A DNA stretch of 39,687 nucleotides. It comes from an uncultured Treponema sp. (GTDB lineage: Bacteria > Spirochaetota > Spirochaetia > Treponematales > Treponemataceae). Below are positions 1-9,032 of this stretch, one piece after another; position 1 is the first letter of the stretch; each line of letters opens with the position of its first letter. The notes below the pieces were generated by a model. That model searched no databases, was not told where the DNA came from, and was given only the letters and a program-made list of their open reading frames with translations. The translations under genes were made by a program, and so were the position numbers. Where the stretch lies: assembly GCA_946061765.1 (NCBI GenBank), contig CAMGTC010000001.1, positions 1 to 39,687 of the forward strand, in the 5' to 3' direction.

Positions 1-137
1 TTCGCACCAACATTACGGAAAAGCGTTTATAATGCGTTTGCCCAGCCTCTTTCTTTCTTCTAGTATTTTCATAATTAAATATTTTTTTTATAAAATCAAT
101 TTTATGTTTAATTTTCAAAAACTCGAAATTCGGGCTA
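1..137. repeat. Right part of a MITE-like palindromic element (cut by the window edge), related to 19997-20429
   Basis: CCAGCCTCTTTCTT..TTTTCATAATTAAA (42-79) and TAAAATCAATTTTATGTTTAATTTTCAAAAACTCGAAATTCGGGCTA (ending at 137) closely match 20186-20223 and 20382-20429. Confidence 0.8.
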
Positions 138-157
138 TTTAGTAAAAGAATAGCGGA

Positions 158-1075
158 CTATTTTACAATCTCTAAAATTTCATCAAGAGTAATTACTCCA
201 AGTCCCCTCTTTTTTAATTTTTCTACAATTTCTTTATCTGGTTCCTGGGCAAAAATAACCTTTCCCTTACCAGTAAGATGCTCACAAGAAATTCCGCCAT
301 TATCATAGATTTTTTTTACCAGTTCAAAACTTGTATCAACATCTTTTAATAAACGGCCGTCAATCTCAAAATACTGATCTAAAAGTCCTTTATATCTAGG
401 TTTTGGAGATTTTTTATTATAAAGTCTTTTAATTTTTTCCATAATTTCCCGGCGATAAGCTCTTTCTTCCTGGGCAATTAACATCTGTTCAGATGAAACA
501 AATAAATCTTTTCGTTCATTCAAAACTTCTTCTATGTTTTTATTTTGTTCCAGACAAGCTTTCTTAAGACAGAGCATTGTCATCATTGCATCATCAACAG
601 ATTTATGACTTTCGAATTTTGCAAGGTTTACACCCAATTTTTGTGCCCATTCTTTTAATTTATGTTTTTCGCCATAAGTTTGTGCAAGAAAAGGTTCAAT
701 ATCAAAAGCTCTGAAATTTATATATTCTTTTTCGTAACGCTGACAGGCAGAATTAACAAATCCAACATCATTAGAAACTGCAAAACCCAGAATATATCGG
801 TTACCTGTAGTAAATAATTTTTTAACGTCTTTATAATAAGATTCAAAATTTGGTTTAATTCTAAAATAATCTTTTGAATAAGCTAATTTGCAATCCCCTT
901 TTCCACTGAATAAATACCAGTCAAATTCACATTCTGGATTCATTACAACATCTTCGGATTCAATAACATTCAAATCATCATCACAAATTACATAACCAAG
1001 AGAACAGATTTTTCCAACACCATCAAAATTATTGGCACATTCACAGTCAAAAAAAACAAAATTTTTGTGATTCAC
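158..1075 (-). CDS. DEDDh (DnaQ-like) 3'-5' exonuclease family protein with C-terminal extension
   Basis: ExoI motif FFDCEC, ExoII-like SNDVGF, ExoIII HKSVDDA; GTG start. Confidence 0.8.
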   Translation of the reverse strand: MNHKNFVFFDCECANNFDGVGKICSLGYVICDDDLNVIESEDVVMNPECEFDWYLFSGKGDCKLAYSKDYFRIKPNFESYYKDVKKLFTTGNRYILGFAVSNDVGFVNSACQRYEKEYINFRAFDIEPFLAQTYGEKHKLKEWAQKLGVNLAKFESHKSVDDAMMTMLCLKKACLEQNKNIEEVLNERKDLFVSSEQMLIAQEERAYRREIMEKIKRLYNKKSPKPRYKGLLDQYFEIDGRLLKDVDTSFELVKKIYDNGGISCEHLTGKGKVIFAQEPDKEIVEKLKKRGLGVITLDEILEIVK

Positions 1076-1131
1076 AGTATTTTCCTACTTTAATCAAAGT
1101 TTCAGTATTTCTATAAAATTTTTAATTACTC

Positions 1132-1160
1132 AAAAAAAAAGCCTGTCATTAAGACAGGCT
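1132..1160 (-). terminator. Intrinsic terminator after tRNA-Arg
   Basis: Hairpin AGCCTGTC-5nt-GACAGGCT followed by a T-run on the minus strand. Confidence 0.85.
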
Positions 1161-1164
1161 AAAG

Positions 1165-1238
1165 TGATGCTTGGCAGAATCGAACTGTCGACCTACTGCT
1201 TAGAAGGCAGTTGCTCTATCCAGCTGAGCTAAAGCACC
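1165..1238 (-). tRNA. tRNA-Arg(TCT)
   Basis: Minus strand GGTGCTTTAGCTCAGCTGGATAGAGCAACTGCCTTCTAAGCAGTAGGTCGACAGTTCGATTCTGCCAAGCATCA folds into a cloverleaf; anticodon TCT; CCA not encoded. Confidence 0.95.
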
Positions 1239-1262
1239 GTAACATCTAATATAATACAAAAA

Positions 1263-1697
1263 TTAATTTGTTTCAACACCTAACATTTGTTTCATTGTTC
1301 TCCAGCCCAACATTGCACATTTTACTCTGGCAGGCATATGAGCAATATCCTGTAAAGCAGAAGCTTCGTCCAGACTTTCTAATTCTTCCTGACTAACACT
1401 ACCTTTAATCATTCTGTCAAAAATATCAGCAAGGGCAAGAGCTTCTTCTTTTGTTTTTCCAATTAGTAAATCTGCCATCATATCTGCAGAAGCCTGACTA
1501 ATAGCACAACCGCTGCCAATAAATGAAATATCTGCAATTACACCACTGTCGTCCAATTTCATTTGCAGAGTAATTTGATCTCCACAAGAAGGATTTACAC
1601 CTTCCAGACAAAAAGTAGGATTTTCCATATTAACTTTATGACTTGGGTTAATATTATGTTCGTTTAATATTTCTTTATATAATTCTTTTGTATCCAT
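1263..1697 (-). CDS. sufU: SUF system NifU-family Fe-S assembly protein
   Basis: NPSCGD, GSGCAISQAS and PARVKCA cysteine motifs; last gene of the suf operon. Confidence 0.95.
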   Translation of the reverse strand: MDTKELYKEILNEHNINPSHKVNMENPTFCLEGVNPSCGDQITLQMKLDDSGVIADISFIGSGCAISQASADMMADLLIGKTKEEALALADIFDRMIKGSVSQEELESLDEASALQDIAHMPARVKCAMLGWRTMKQMLGVETN

Positions 1698-1728
1698 AAT
1701 AATTTCTCTTAATTAAAAACTGGTAAAA

Positions 1729-2967
1729 CTAATCTTTATAACCACTCCACTCACGAATATGGGAAAGTTTTTCCAAAAATAAATCAACCTCTTCTTCGGT
1801 ATTATAAAAGTAGAGGGATGCACGAGCACTGGATACTACCCCCATAAATTTGCCCAGTGGCTGAGCACAATGATGACCAGCCCGAATTGCCACTTTTTCA
1901 TCACTGAGTAAAGTTGCAATATCATGTGGATGAACGCCATCAATTGTAAAGGTAATAATTCCAGACCTCTTATCAGGATCATCTGTACCAAGAAAACTTA
2001 CATGAGGAATCTTTTTCATTCCCTGCATAAGTCTTTGAGTAAGATTTTTGTCCTGCTTTTCTATAAAATCAAAACCTACAGACTGTAAATACTTCATTGC
2101 GGCAGCCATACCAACAGCATCTGCAGCACTAACTGTACCGGCTTCAAATTTATGTGGAAGTTCAGCCCAAGTTGCACTTTCTTTTGTAACATATTCAATC
2201 ATTTCTCCACCAGTAAGGAAAGGTGGCATTTTTTCCAACAGTTCTTTTTTCCCGTATAAAGCACCAATTCCCATTGGTCCACACAATTTATGTCCACTTA
2301 AAGCAAAGAAATCTGCATCAATATCCTGTACATCAACTTTATGATGTGGGGCAGATTGTGCTCCGTCAACAATTATAATTGCCCCTACTTCATGAGCTTT
2401 TTTAGCATATTCTTTAACTGGATTTGTAACTCCAAGAACGTTACTTACCTGAGTAATAGAAAAAATCTTAACTTTATCAGTTAATTTTGAATCAATTTCC
2501 TGGTCACTTATTAAACCATCTTTATCGCACTCTAAAAACACAAGCTCAGCTCCGGTTTTTGCACAAACTTGCTGCCATGGAACAATATTTGAATGATGTT
2601 CCATTATAGAAACAAGAACCTGATCTCCTTTTTTAAGATTATTTAAACCATAGGAATAAGCTACAAGATTTAGACTTTCAGTTGCATTACGAGTAAAAAT
2701 GATTTGAGACGGATCTTTTGCATTTAAAAAATCAGCTACTGTTTTTCTTGAATTTTCGTAGGCTAAAGTTGCCCTTTCACTTAATTCATAAAGTCCACGC
2801 AGAGGATTTGCATTTTCTTCCCGGTAAAACTTATTCATTGCATCAAGCACAAGATAAGGACGTTGAGAAGTTGCGGCTGAATCAAAATAAATCAGTCCGT
2901 TATTTTCGTTTGCAGTCTTTTCATCAATTGCCTTGAATAAAGGAAAATCCTTTCTATATATATTCAT
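1729..2967 (-). CDS. sufS: Cysteine desulfurase SufS
   Basis: YFDSAAT, PLP lysine in SGHKLCGP, catalytic RAGHHCAQP. Confidence 0.95.
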   Translation of the reverse strand: MNIYRKDFPLFKAIDEKTANENNGLIYFDSAATSQRPYLVLDAMNKFYREENANPLRGLYELSERATLAYENSRKTVADFLNAKDPSQIIFTRNATESLNLVAYSYGLNNLKKGDQVLVSIMEHHSNIVPWQQVCAKTGAELVFLECDKDGLISDQEIDSKLTDKVKIFSITQVSNVLGVTNPVKEYAKKAHEVGAIIIVDGAQSAPHHKVDVQDIDADFFALSGHKLCGPMGIGALYGKKELLEKMPPFLTGGEMIEYVTKESATWAELPHKFEAGTVSAADAVGMAAAMKYLQSVGFDFIEKQDKNLTQRLMQGMKKIPHVSFLGTDDPDKRSGIITFTIDGVHPHDIATLLSDEKVAIRAGHHCAQPLGKFMGVVSSARASLYFYNTEEEVDLFLEKLSHIREWSGYKD

Positions 2968-2990
2968 ATATTACGCTCTTATAAAATTTA

Positions 2991-4178
2991 TTATAAACCC
3001 TGTGATTCTAAATAATCTGAAATTACTTCTTTTACACTTTCATAAGGAATAAAATCACTTGCTCTTTGAATTTTTGCTCTGGCAATAATCTTCCGGGCAG
3101 TTACTTCATCTATTCCTCTTGATTCCATATAAAACAGAACTTCTTTTGACAATTTTCCGATTGTAGCTCCATGTTCTGCCGCAATATCATCTTCTAGACA
3201 TAGAATATTTGGCATAGATTTATTTACAACTTTTGGAGAAAGAGTTAGTGTGTTCTCCATTTCGTTTCCAGTAGACCCCGAACAACCCTTCTGTAAATCA
3301 ATTGTACCTCTATAGATTTTTTGAGCCTGCTCTTTTAAAGTTCCATCAACGTACATATCACACTTAGTTCTTTTTCCATGCTGAACAACCAAGTGATTCA
3401 TATCAAGGAACTGTTTATCTTTAAATAAATAAGTTACATGAGTTTTTATATCAGAATAATTTCCCTGTAAATCAGCATAAATTCCAGAATCAATATGATT
3501 TCCCCCAAGTTCGATTTGAATAAAATCTACTTTAGAATGCTGACCACAAACAAAAGAAGTATCATCAAGCTGTAAAGTTTTATTTCCAAGAAGCTGCACT
3601 TTTATCAAAGTAAGATGAGAATCTTTACCAACATTAATCTGACTCTGAACCAGTTGACATTTTTCTTTATCACTAGAATCAGAAGAATAAACAATTACAA
3701 TTGTTGAATTACTTCCTTCCTCTGTTTGAATTATATGTTTTGCAATTGTGTTGTCGGAATCTGTTTTTTCATCAAGATGTAAAAGTAATGCTTCTTCTGG
3801 ATTTCCACTTACTTTAATGTACTGTGGATTTTTTATAGTTTTTTCGATTAATTTTATCAAAGGATGGTTTTTATTTGAAATTTGATTTTCTTTACGAGAT
3901 TTTTCAAATTCCTCTTCACTAAGATATGAACCATCTCTTTTACGACTGTCAATTTCTTTTTTTGGAAGAGCATTAAATACAGATGATTTAAATTCTGGTA
4001 AATCAGAAATTGAATCTGCATCTGAAATAATAAAACCTTCTGGTACTTTTTCAAATTTTAATTGATCAGCCTTATATTCTTTATCAAAAGAAAAAGAATC
4101 ACTATTTATCTTAAGCCAATTCCAGGTTGTAGCTGGAGTGGCATTTACAATAATTTTATCATTTATATTTTCAGCCAT
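2991..4178 (-). CDS. sufD: Fe-S cluster assembly protein SufD
   Basis: Beta-helix type composition, AEHGATIG..LFYMESRGI motif, position between sufB and sufS. Confidence 0.9.
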   Translation of the reverse strand: MAENINDKIIVNATPATTWNWLKINSDSFSFDKEYKADQLKFEKVPEGFIISDADSISDLPEFKSSVFNALPKKEIDSRKRDGSYLSEEEFEKSRKENQISNKNHPLIKLIEKTIKNPQYIKVSGNPEEALLLHLDEKTDSDNTIAKHIIQTEEGSNSTIVIVYSSDSSDKEKCQLVQSQINVGKDSHLTLIKVQLLGNKTLQLDDTSFVCGQHSKVDFIQIELGGNHIDSGIYADLQGNYSDIKTHVTYLFKDKQFLDMNHLVVQHGKRTKCDMYVDGTLKEQAQKIYRGTIDLQKGCSGSTGNEMENTLTLSPKVVNKSMPNILCLEDDIAAEHGATIGKLSKEVLFYMESRGIDEVTARKIIARAKIQRASDFIPYESVKEVISDYLESQGL

Positions 4179-4180
4179 AG

Positions 4181-5596
4181 CTACATATTTCCTTTCATTT
4201 CAAGTCTAATAAGATTATTCATCTCAACAGCATATTCAAGCGGTAACTCTTTACTAACAGGATTAGCAAAACCACTTACAATCATACTTCTTGCTTCTTC
4301 TTCACCAATTCCACGAGACATAAGATAGAAAATAGCATCTTCACTAATTCTACCAATTTTTGCTTCGTGACCAACATCACATTCATCTGTAAGAATTTCC
4401 ATTGCAGGAATTGTATCTGAACGACTTTTGTTATCCAGCATTAAACTTTCACAGGAAATACTTGCTTTACTACCCTTTGCATCTTTTCCAATATAAACAG
4501 CAGACCTATAAAAGTTTTCTCCGCCCCCCTTTGAAATTGATTTTGTAGTAATAAGGCTTGTTGTATTTTTTCCAAGGTGAACCATTTTTGCACCAGTATC
4601 AAGACTTTGTCCTGCACCAGAAAAAGTTACACCGGTAAATTCTGCTTTTGAATTATCTCCAACCAGATCACTTTCTGGATAAAGATAAGAAATATGAGAA
4701 CCAAAAGAACCAGAAACCCATTCAATACTTGCATTTTCTTCAACTCTGGCCCTTTTGGTATTTAAGTTATACATATTTTTAGACCAGTTTTCGATTGTAG
4801 AATAACGTAAATGGGCATTTTTTTTAACAAAAAGCTCGACTGCCCCTGCGTGAAGATTAGCTTCATTATATTTAGGAGCAGAACATCCTTCTATAAAGTG
4901 TAAATCAGCGCCTTCATCAACAATAATCAAAGTATGCTCAAACTGTCCAGCACCTTTTGCATTTAATCTAAAATAAGATTGTAATGGGAAAGAAAGTTTT
5001 ACACCTTTTGGAACATAAACAAAACTACCGCCAGACCAGGCTGCACCATGAAGGGCTGCAAACTTATGATCCTGAGGTTTAATTAAAGTCATAAAATATT
5101 CTTTGACCATTGGACCCCATTCTTTTGATTTTAATGCTTCTTCAAAGCCCAGATAAATTACACCTTGTTTGGCAACTTCTTTTTGCACATTATGATAAAC
5201 CAGTTCAGAATCATATTGAGCACCAACTCCTGCAAGACTTTTTCTTTCTGCTTCTGGAATACCTAATTTTTCAAAAGTTTCTTTAATATCATCTGGGACA
5301 TCTTCCCATTTTCCGCTCATCTGAGTTTTTGGACGTACATATGTTGAAATATCGTCCATATTAAGACCTTCAATTCCAGGTCCCCAATTAGAAACTCTAA
5401 GAGAATTATATATTTCAAGTGATTTCAAACGAAATTCCCGCATCCACTCTGGATCGCCTTTTTCATCACTGATTTTTTTTATGATTTCGGGATTTAATCC
5501 GTCTTCAATTCGGTAGAAATCATTTTCATTTTCTTCATAACGAAAGTTATAAAATTCATTATTGATTTCTGTTACCTGCTTTTTATTATCTGCCAT
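4181..5596 (-). CDS. sufB: Fe-S cluster assembly protein SufB
   Basis: LGIPEAER, GQFEHTLII, EGCSAP, GHEAKIG, FYLMSRG and LPLEYAVEMN motifs. Confidence 0.97.
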   Translation of the reverse strand: MADNKKQVTEINNEFYNFRYEENENDFYRIEDGLNPEIIKKISDEKGDPEWMREFRLKSLEIYNSLRVSNWGPGIEGLNMDDISTYVRPKTQMSGKWEDVPDDIKETFEKLGIPEAERKSLAGVGAQYDSELVYHNVQKEVAKQGVIYLGFEEALKSKEWGPMVKEYFMTLIKPQDHKFAALHGAAWSGGSFVYVPKGVKLSFPLQSYFRLNAKGAGQFEHTLIIVDEGADLHFIEGCSAPKYNEANLHAGAVELFVKKNAHLRYSTIENWSKNMYNLNTKRARVEENASIEWVSGSFGSHISYLYPESDLVGDNSKAEFTGVTFSGAGQSLDTGAKMVHLGKNTTSLITTKSISKGGGENFYRSAVYIGKDAKGSKASISCESLMLDNKSRSDTIPAMEILTDECDVGHEAKIGRISEDAIFYLMSRGIGEEEARSMIVSGFANPVSKELPLEYAVEMNNLIRLEMKGNM

Positions 5597-5602
5597 TTAT
5601 AT

Positions 5603-6340
5603 TTATTTTATGTATTTTTCAAAACCTTCTTTGTTGATTTCCTCAACTAAAGAACCATCACCTGTTTTTACAATAGAACCATTTACAAGAACATGTGTAT
5701 AATCGATTTTCATATTTTCAAGTAATCTGGCATTGTGAGTAATAATCAAAAGAGAACCGCCAACAGATTTTTGATACTCTTCAATTCCTTTAGAAACAAC
5801 ATGAACTGCATCAACATCAAGCCCTGAATCAGTTTCATCTAGAATTGCAAAATCAGGCTTTAACATCAAAAACTGTAATATTTCTGCTTTTTTTCTTTCT
5901 CCACCAGAAAAACCAACATTTAAGTCACGTTTTGCATAAGAAGAATCCATATTAAGAAGATTCATACAAGCCTGTAAATCTTTCTGATACTGGAATAATT
6001 TTACCCTTTCTCCAGTCTTTTGCTGAATTGCAGAACGGATAAATGATTCAAGTGAAATTCCTGCAATTTCTATAGGAGACTGAAAAGACATAAACATTCC
6101 AAGTTTAGCTCTTTTATCAGCAGCTTCATCAGTAATATCTTGTCCTTTGAATATAATTTTTCCGGAAGTTACATTGTAAACAGGATTACCCATCAATGTA
6201 TTTCCCAAAGAAGATTTACCAGCTCCATTTGGGCCCATTAAAACATGAGTTTGACCTTTATCTATATTTAGACTAAGGTTTTTTATTATTTCCTTGCCGT
6301 CTTCAAGACCAGCACATAAATTTTGTATCTCTAATAACAT
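5603..6340 (-). CDS. sufC: Fe-S cluster assembly ATPase SufC
   Basis: Walker A GPNGAGKS, signature FSGGERKK, ILDETDSGLDVDA. Confidence 0.97.
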   Translation of the reverse strand: MLLEIQNLCAGLEDGKEIIKNLSLNIDKGQTHVLMGPNGAGKSSLGNTLMGNPVYNVTSGKIIFKGQDITDEAADKRAKLGMFMSFQSPIEIAGISLESFIRSAIQQKTGERVKLFQYQKDLQACMNLLNMDSSYAKRDLNVGFSGGERKKAEILQFLMLKPDFAILDETDSGLDVDAVHVVSKGIEEYQKSVGGSLLIITHNARLLENMKIDYTHVLVNGSIVKTGDGSLVEEINKEGFEKYIK

Positions 6341-6346
6341 AACTAG

Positions 6347-6375
6347 AATATACTAAATTTTAAGAATATAGACAA
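6347..6375 (-). promoter_or_regulatory. Putative sigma70 promoter of the suf operon
   Basis: TTGTCT-17bp-TATATT on the minus strand, ending 7 nt before the sufC ATG. Confidence 0.45.
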
Positions 6376-6394
6376 TTAAATAAAAGAATAAGGA

Positions 6395-7192
6395 TTAGTT
6401 ATTTTCACTGTTGGCGTCAATACAAACAGCACCCAAATATTGAATATTACTGTGGTAAGACGTAAAAGTTGAATCTCTACCAAGTGCTACTGCGAACATT
6501 GCAACATACCAAGTATTCTCATCATTGGAAGAATAGTTTACATCAGAATCGCCAGATATTGGCACCTTATCATAAGTTCCACTACGGCCAAAGTTAAAAG
6601 TATAACCATCACTTCCGTTTCTTAAAGGCACTGTAACAGAAGAAGAATTTCCAAGATAATTTCCATTTACTGTGATTCTGGCCGAATACTCTTGCTGATT
6701 GTAATAATCGGTTAATCTTATATAAACTCTCTGATTTGAAGAATCAGCAGAAGCTTTAATTAAAGGTTCGTCGTTGTAATTTGAAGAAGCTAAAGCTTTA
6801 TATCCGTAAGAAATTAATTTATCGTATGAGTTTGCACTTTTTGTAGAATCACTAGCATAGCTTTCCAAAGTTGAAACTTGAGTAGATAAAATTGAAGAAG
6901 AACTGTAAATTCGATAATAAACTTCAGTACCTCTATATTTAAAATCTCCAAGACCTGCATATTCTTCAGAAGATTCATTTGTTACAAACTCAAAATATTT
7001 TTCACCTGTATCTGTATTATCTATGTTAGGTTCTTTAGTAACAGTTGCAACAGGCTCTGGCATTAAAATATAAACTTCAAGACCACAAGAAAGGTTTGTT
7101 AAACAAATTAAGCCAAGTAAAAAAAGCAAAGCAAACCTTGAATTATAAATCTTTTTTAACCTGGCTATTTTCATAATTAAATAATCTCTCAA
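6395..7192 (-). CDS. Putative lipoprotein of unknown function
   Basis: Basic N-terminus, hydrophobic stretch and lipobox-like NLSC; start may be the ATG at 7174. Confidence 0.75.
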   Translation of the reverse strand: MRDYLIMKIARLKKIYNSRFALLFLLGLICLTNLSCGLEVYILMPEPVATVTKEPNIDNTDTGEKYFEFVTNESSEEYAGLGDFKYRGTEVYYRIYSSSSILSTQVSTLESYASDSTKSANSYDKLISYGYKALASSNYNDEPLIKASADSSNQRVYIRLTDYYNQQEYSARITVNGNYLGNSSSVTVPLRNGSDGYTFNFGRSGTYDKVPISGDSDVNYSSNDENTWYVAMFAVALGRDSTFTSYHSNIQYLGAVCIDANSENN

Positions 7193-7210
7193 ATGTTAAT
7201 TTGTTTATTA

Positions 7211-7888
7211 TTATTCCGATTTTTCTTGTAACTGAAGTTTAATTGCTCTAGTTTTAGCAAGTTTTGCCCAATCATCATCTGGAGAAATATCATTAACTTC
7301 AGTATAAGCAGCAATAGCTTCTGTTACTTTTCCCATAGTTTCAAGAACACGTCCATAAGAGAATAATGCATGAGTTCTTAAAATATAATTTTCATCATCA
7401 GAAGCCTTTTTATATGCAAGAGCAGCAGCTTCAAGATTGTTTAAATTTTCGTAACAAACACCTAAATTGTAGTTTGCGATTGGTGAAGTATAAGCAGTTT
7501 TACTCTTTTTTGCAGCAGCTTCATAATATTTTACAGCGGATTCATAATCTTCTTTCTGATAATAAAGTTCTGCTGCTAATAAATTAGCTCTAACACCAAC
7601 AACTCCAGATTTAGAAGTAAAAGCCATTAAACTTTCAATTGCTGTATCTCTTCTTGTGTTCAATTCATCTTCTGACAATGAAGAAGAATCATTTGTAAGT
7701 TCATATGAAATTAAATCAATCTTCTCCAAATTCTTTAATTTTGCAGATGAACCAAAAGCCTGTGCGCAAACAAATGCTATCACTGCACAAACAACTATTA
7801 TAAGTAGAATCCAAAAAATCTTCTTATTTTTATCCAAAAAACCAGAAAGTTTTTTAGAAGCTGTCATTTCGTCATTTTTTTCTGCCAT
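7211..7888 (-). CDS. Membrane-anchored tetratricopeptide repeat protein
   Basis: One N-terminal TM helix; TPR patterns (AELYYQKEDYESA, YNLGVCYE, FSYGRVLE). Confidence 0.85.
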   Translation of the reverse strand: MAEKNDEMTASKKLSGFLDKNKKIFWILLIIVVCAVIAFVCAQAFGSSAKLKNLEKIDLISYELTNDSSSLSEDELNTRRDTAIESLMAFTSKSGVVGVRANLLAAELYYQKEDYESAVKYYEAAAKKSKTAYTSPIANYNLGVCYENLNNLEAAALAYKKASDDENYILRTHALFSYGRVLETMGKVTEAIAAYTEVNDISPDDDWAKLAKTRAIKLQLQEKSE

Positions 7889-7932
7889 TTTATTTACCTC
7901 GACATTTTCTTTTAGTATTTCTAAAAGAAATT

Positions 7933-8862
7933 TTATTTTTTAATTCCTAATTCGTTTATTAATTTTATCACATATGTTCTTTGTATTCCAAGTATTCTTG
8001 CTGTTTTTGTTTGATTCCAGTCATTTTCTTCCAGAACCTTTGTAACATAATCTTTTTTAAAAGAATTTATGGCGTTTTTAAGGCTTTTATCTTCTAAACC
8101 ATAACCTGTTACATCTGCATTAACAGAAGTACTTGAAACTAAGCCCAAATCTGCAGTTTTAATTATCTTTTCATTTCCAACCAAAAAAGCTCTCTGAATT
8201 GAATTAATTAATTCATCGATATTTCCCTTCCAATACTGTAAAGTTAACTCTTCTTTTGCCATATCAGAAAATTGAACAAAATCCAATCCTGACTGCTTTT
8301 TAAAAAGCTCACGATAGTATTCGGCTATAGGTAAAATATCGTCTTTTCTTAACCTTAAAGGTTGTGTATTTAAAACAACTGAATTTATAAGATAGTACAA
8401 ATCTGTTGAAAATTTTCCAGAAAGTACATCTTCTTCAAAATTAATTTCTGAACTACAAATAATCTTAAGATTTACACCATTTTCCCGTGCTTTAATGATT
8501 GTATTGTAAAAATCAACCTGCAGCTGGGGTGAAAGTTCATTTACAAAATTTACAAATAAAGTAACTTTCTTTCCTTCTGGTACAAATCTTGAAATACCCC
8601 CAAAAACCAATCGAATATCAGATTCTGAAAAGGATTTGCAATTAATTTCGTAAAAATCTTTTTTATTAAAAGAATTAATTTGAGAATCAAGTGCAAAAGC
8701 ATTATGAATATGCTGTGCAATTAATCTCTTACCGCTACCTCTTTCTCCTATCAACAGTACAGAAGCAAAATTTTTTGAAATAGTGGAAATTAAATTACAA
8801 ATGTTATGGGTAAAATCACTATCGCCTATCAATGGAGTGATTTTTCCACCAAAATTATTCAT
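7933..8862 (-). CDS. Sigma54-interaction-domain (AAA+) regulator with Fis-type HTH, degenerate
   Basis: VLLIGERGSGK, FSTDLYY, PLRLRKDDI, WKGNIDEL, C-terminal WNQTKTARILGIQRTY; no GAFTGA. Confidence 0.85.
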   Translation of the reverse strand: MNNFGGKITPLIGDSDFTHNICNLISTISKNFASVLLIGERGSGKRLIAQHIHNAFALDSQINSFNKKDFYEINCKSFSESDIRLVFGGISRFVPEGKKVTLFVNFVNELSPQLQVDFYNTIIKARENGVNLKIICSSEINFEEDVLSGKFSTDLYYLINSVVLNTQPLRLRKDDILPIAEYYRELFKKQSGLDFVQFSDMAKEELTLQYWKGNIDELINSIQRAFLVGNEKIIKTADLGLVSSTSVNADVTGYGLEDKSLKNAINSFKKDYVTKVLEENDWNQTKTARILGIQRTYVIKLINELGIKK

Positions 8863-8954
8863 CCTCTTAAAATTCCTTTTGAAGATATATCTTTAAGGAT
8901 TACATTAAGATAATTTAGCCACAAATAAATGTAACACAACTTAAAGTTCTCAAA

Positions 8955-8991
8955 ATAAAACGCATTGTACAGTTAATACAATGCGTTTTAT
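8955..8991. terminator. Intrinsic terminator downstream of rpsA (possibly bidirectional)
   Basis: 15-bp perfect stem ATAAAACGCATTGTA/TACAATGCGTTTTAT with a 7-nt loop. Confidence 0.8.
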
Positions 8992-9032
8992 AAGAAAATT
9001 ATAATTATCTAATCAAAATATGATTAATAATT

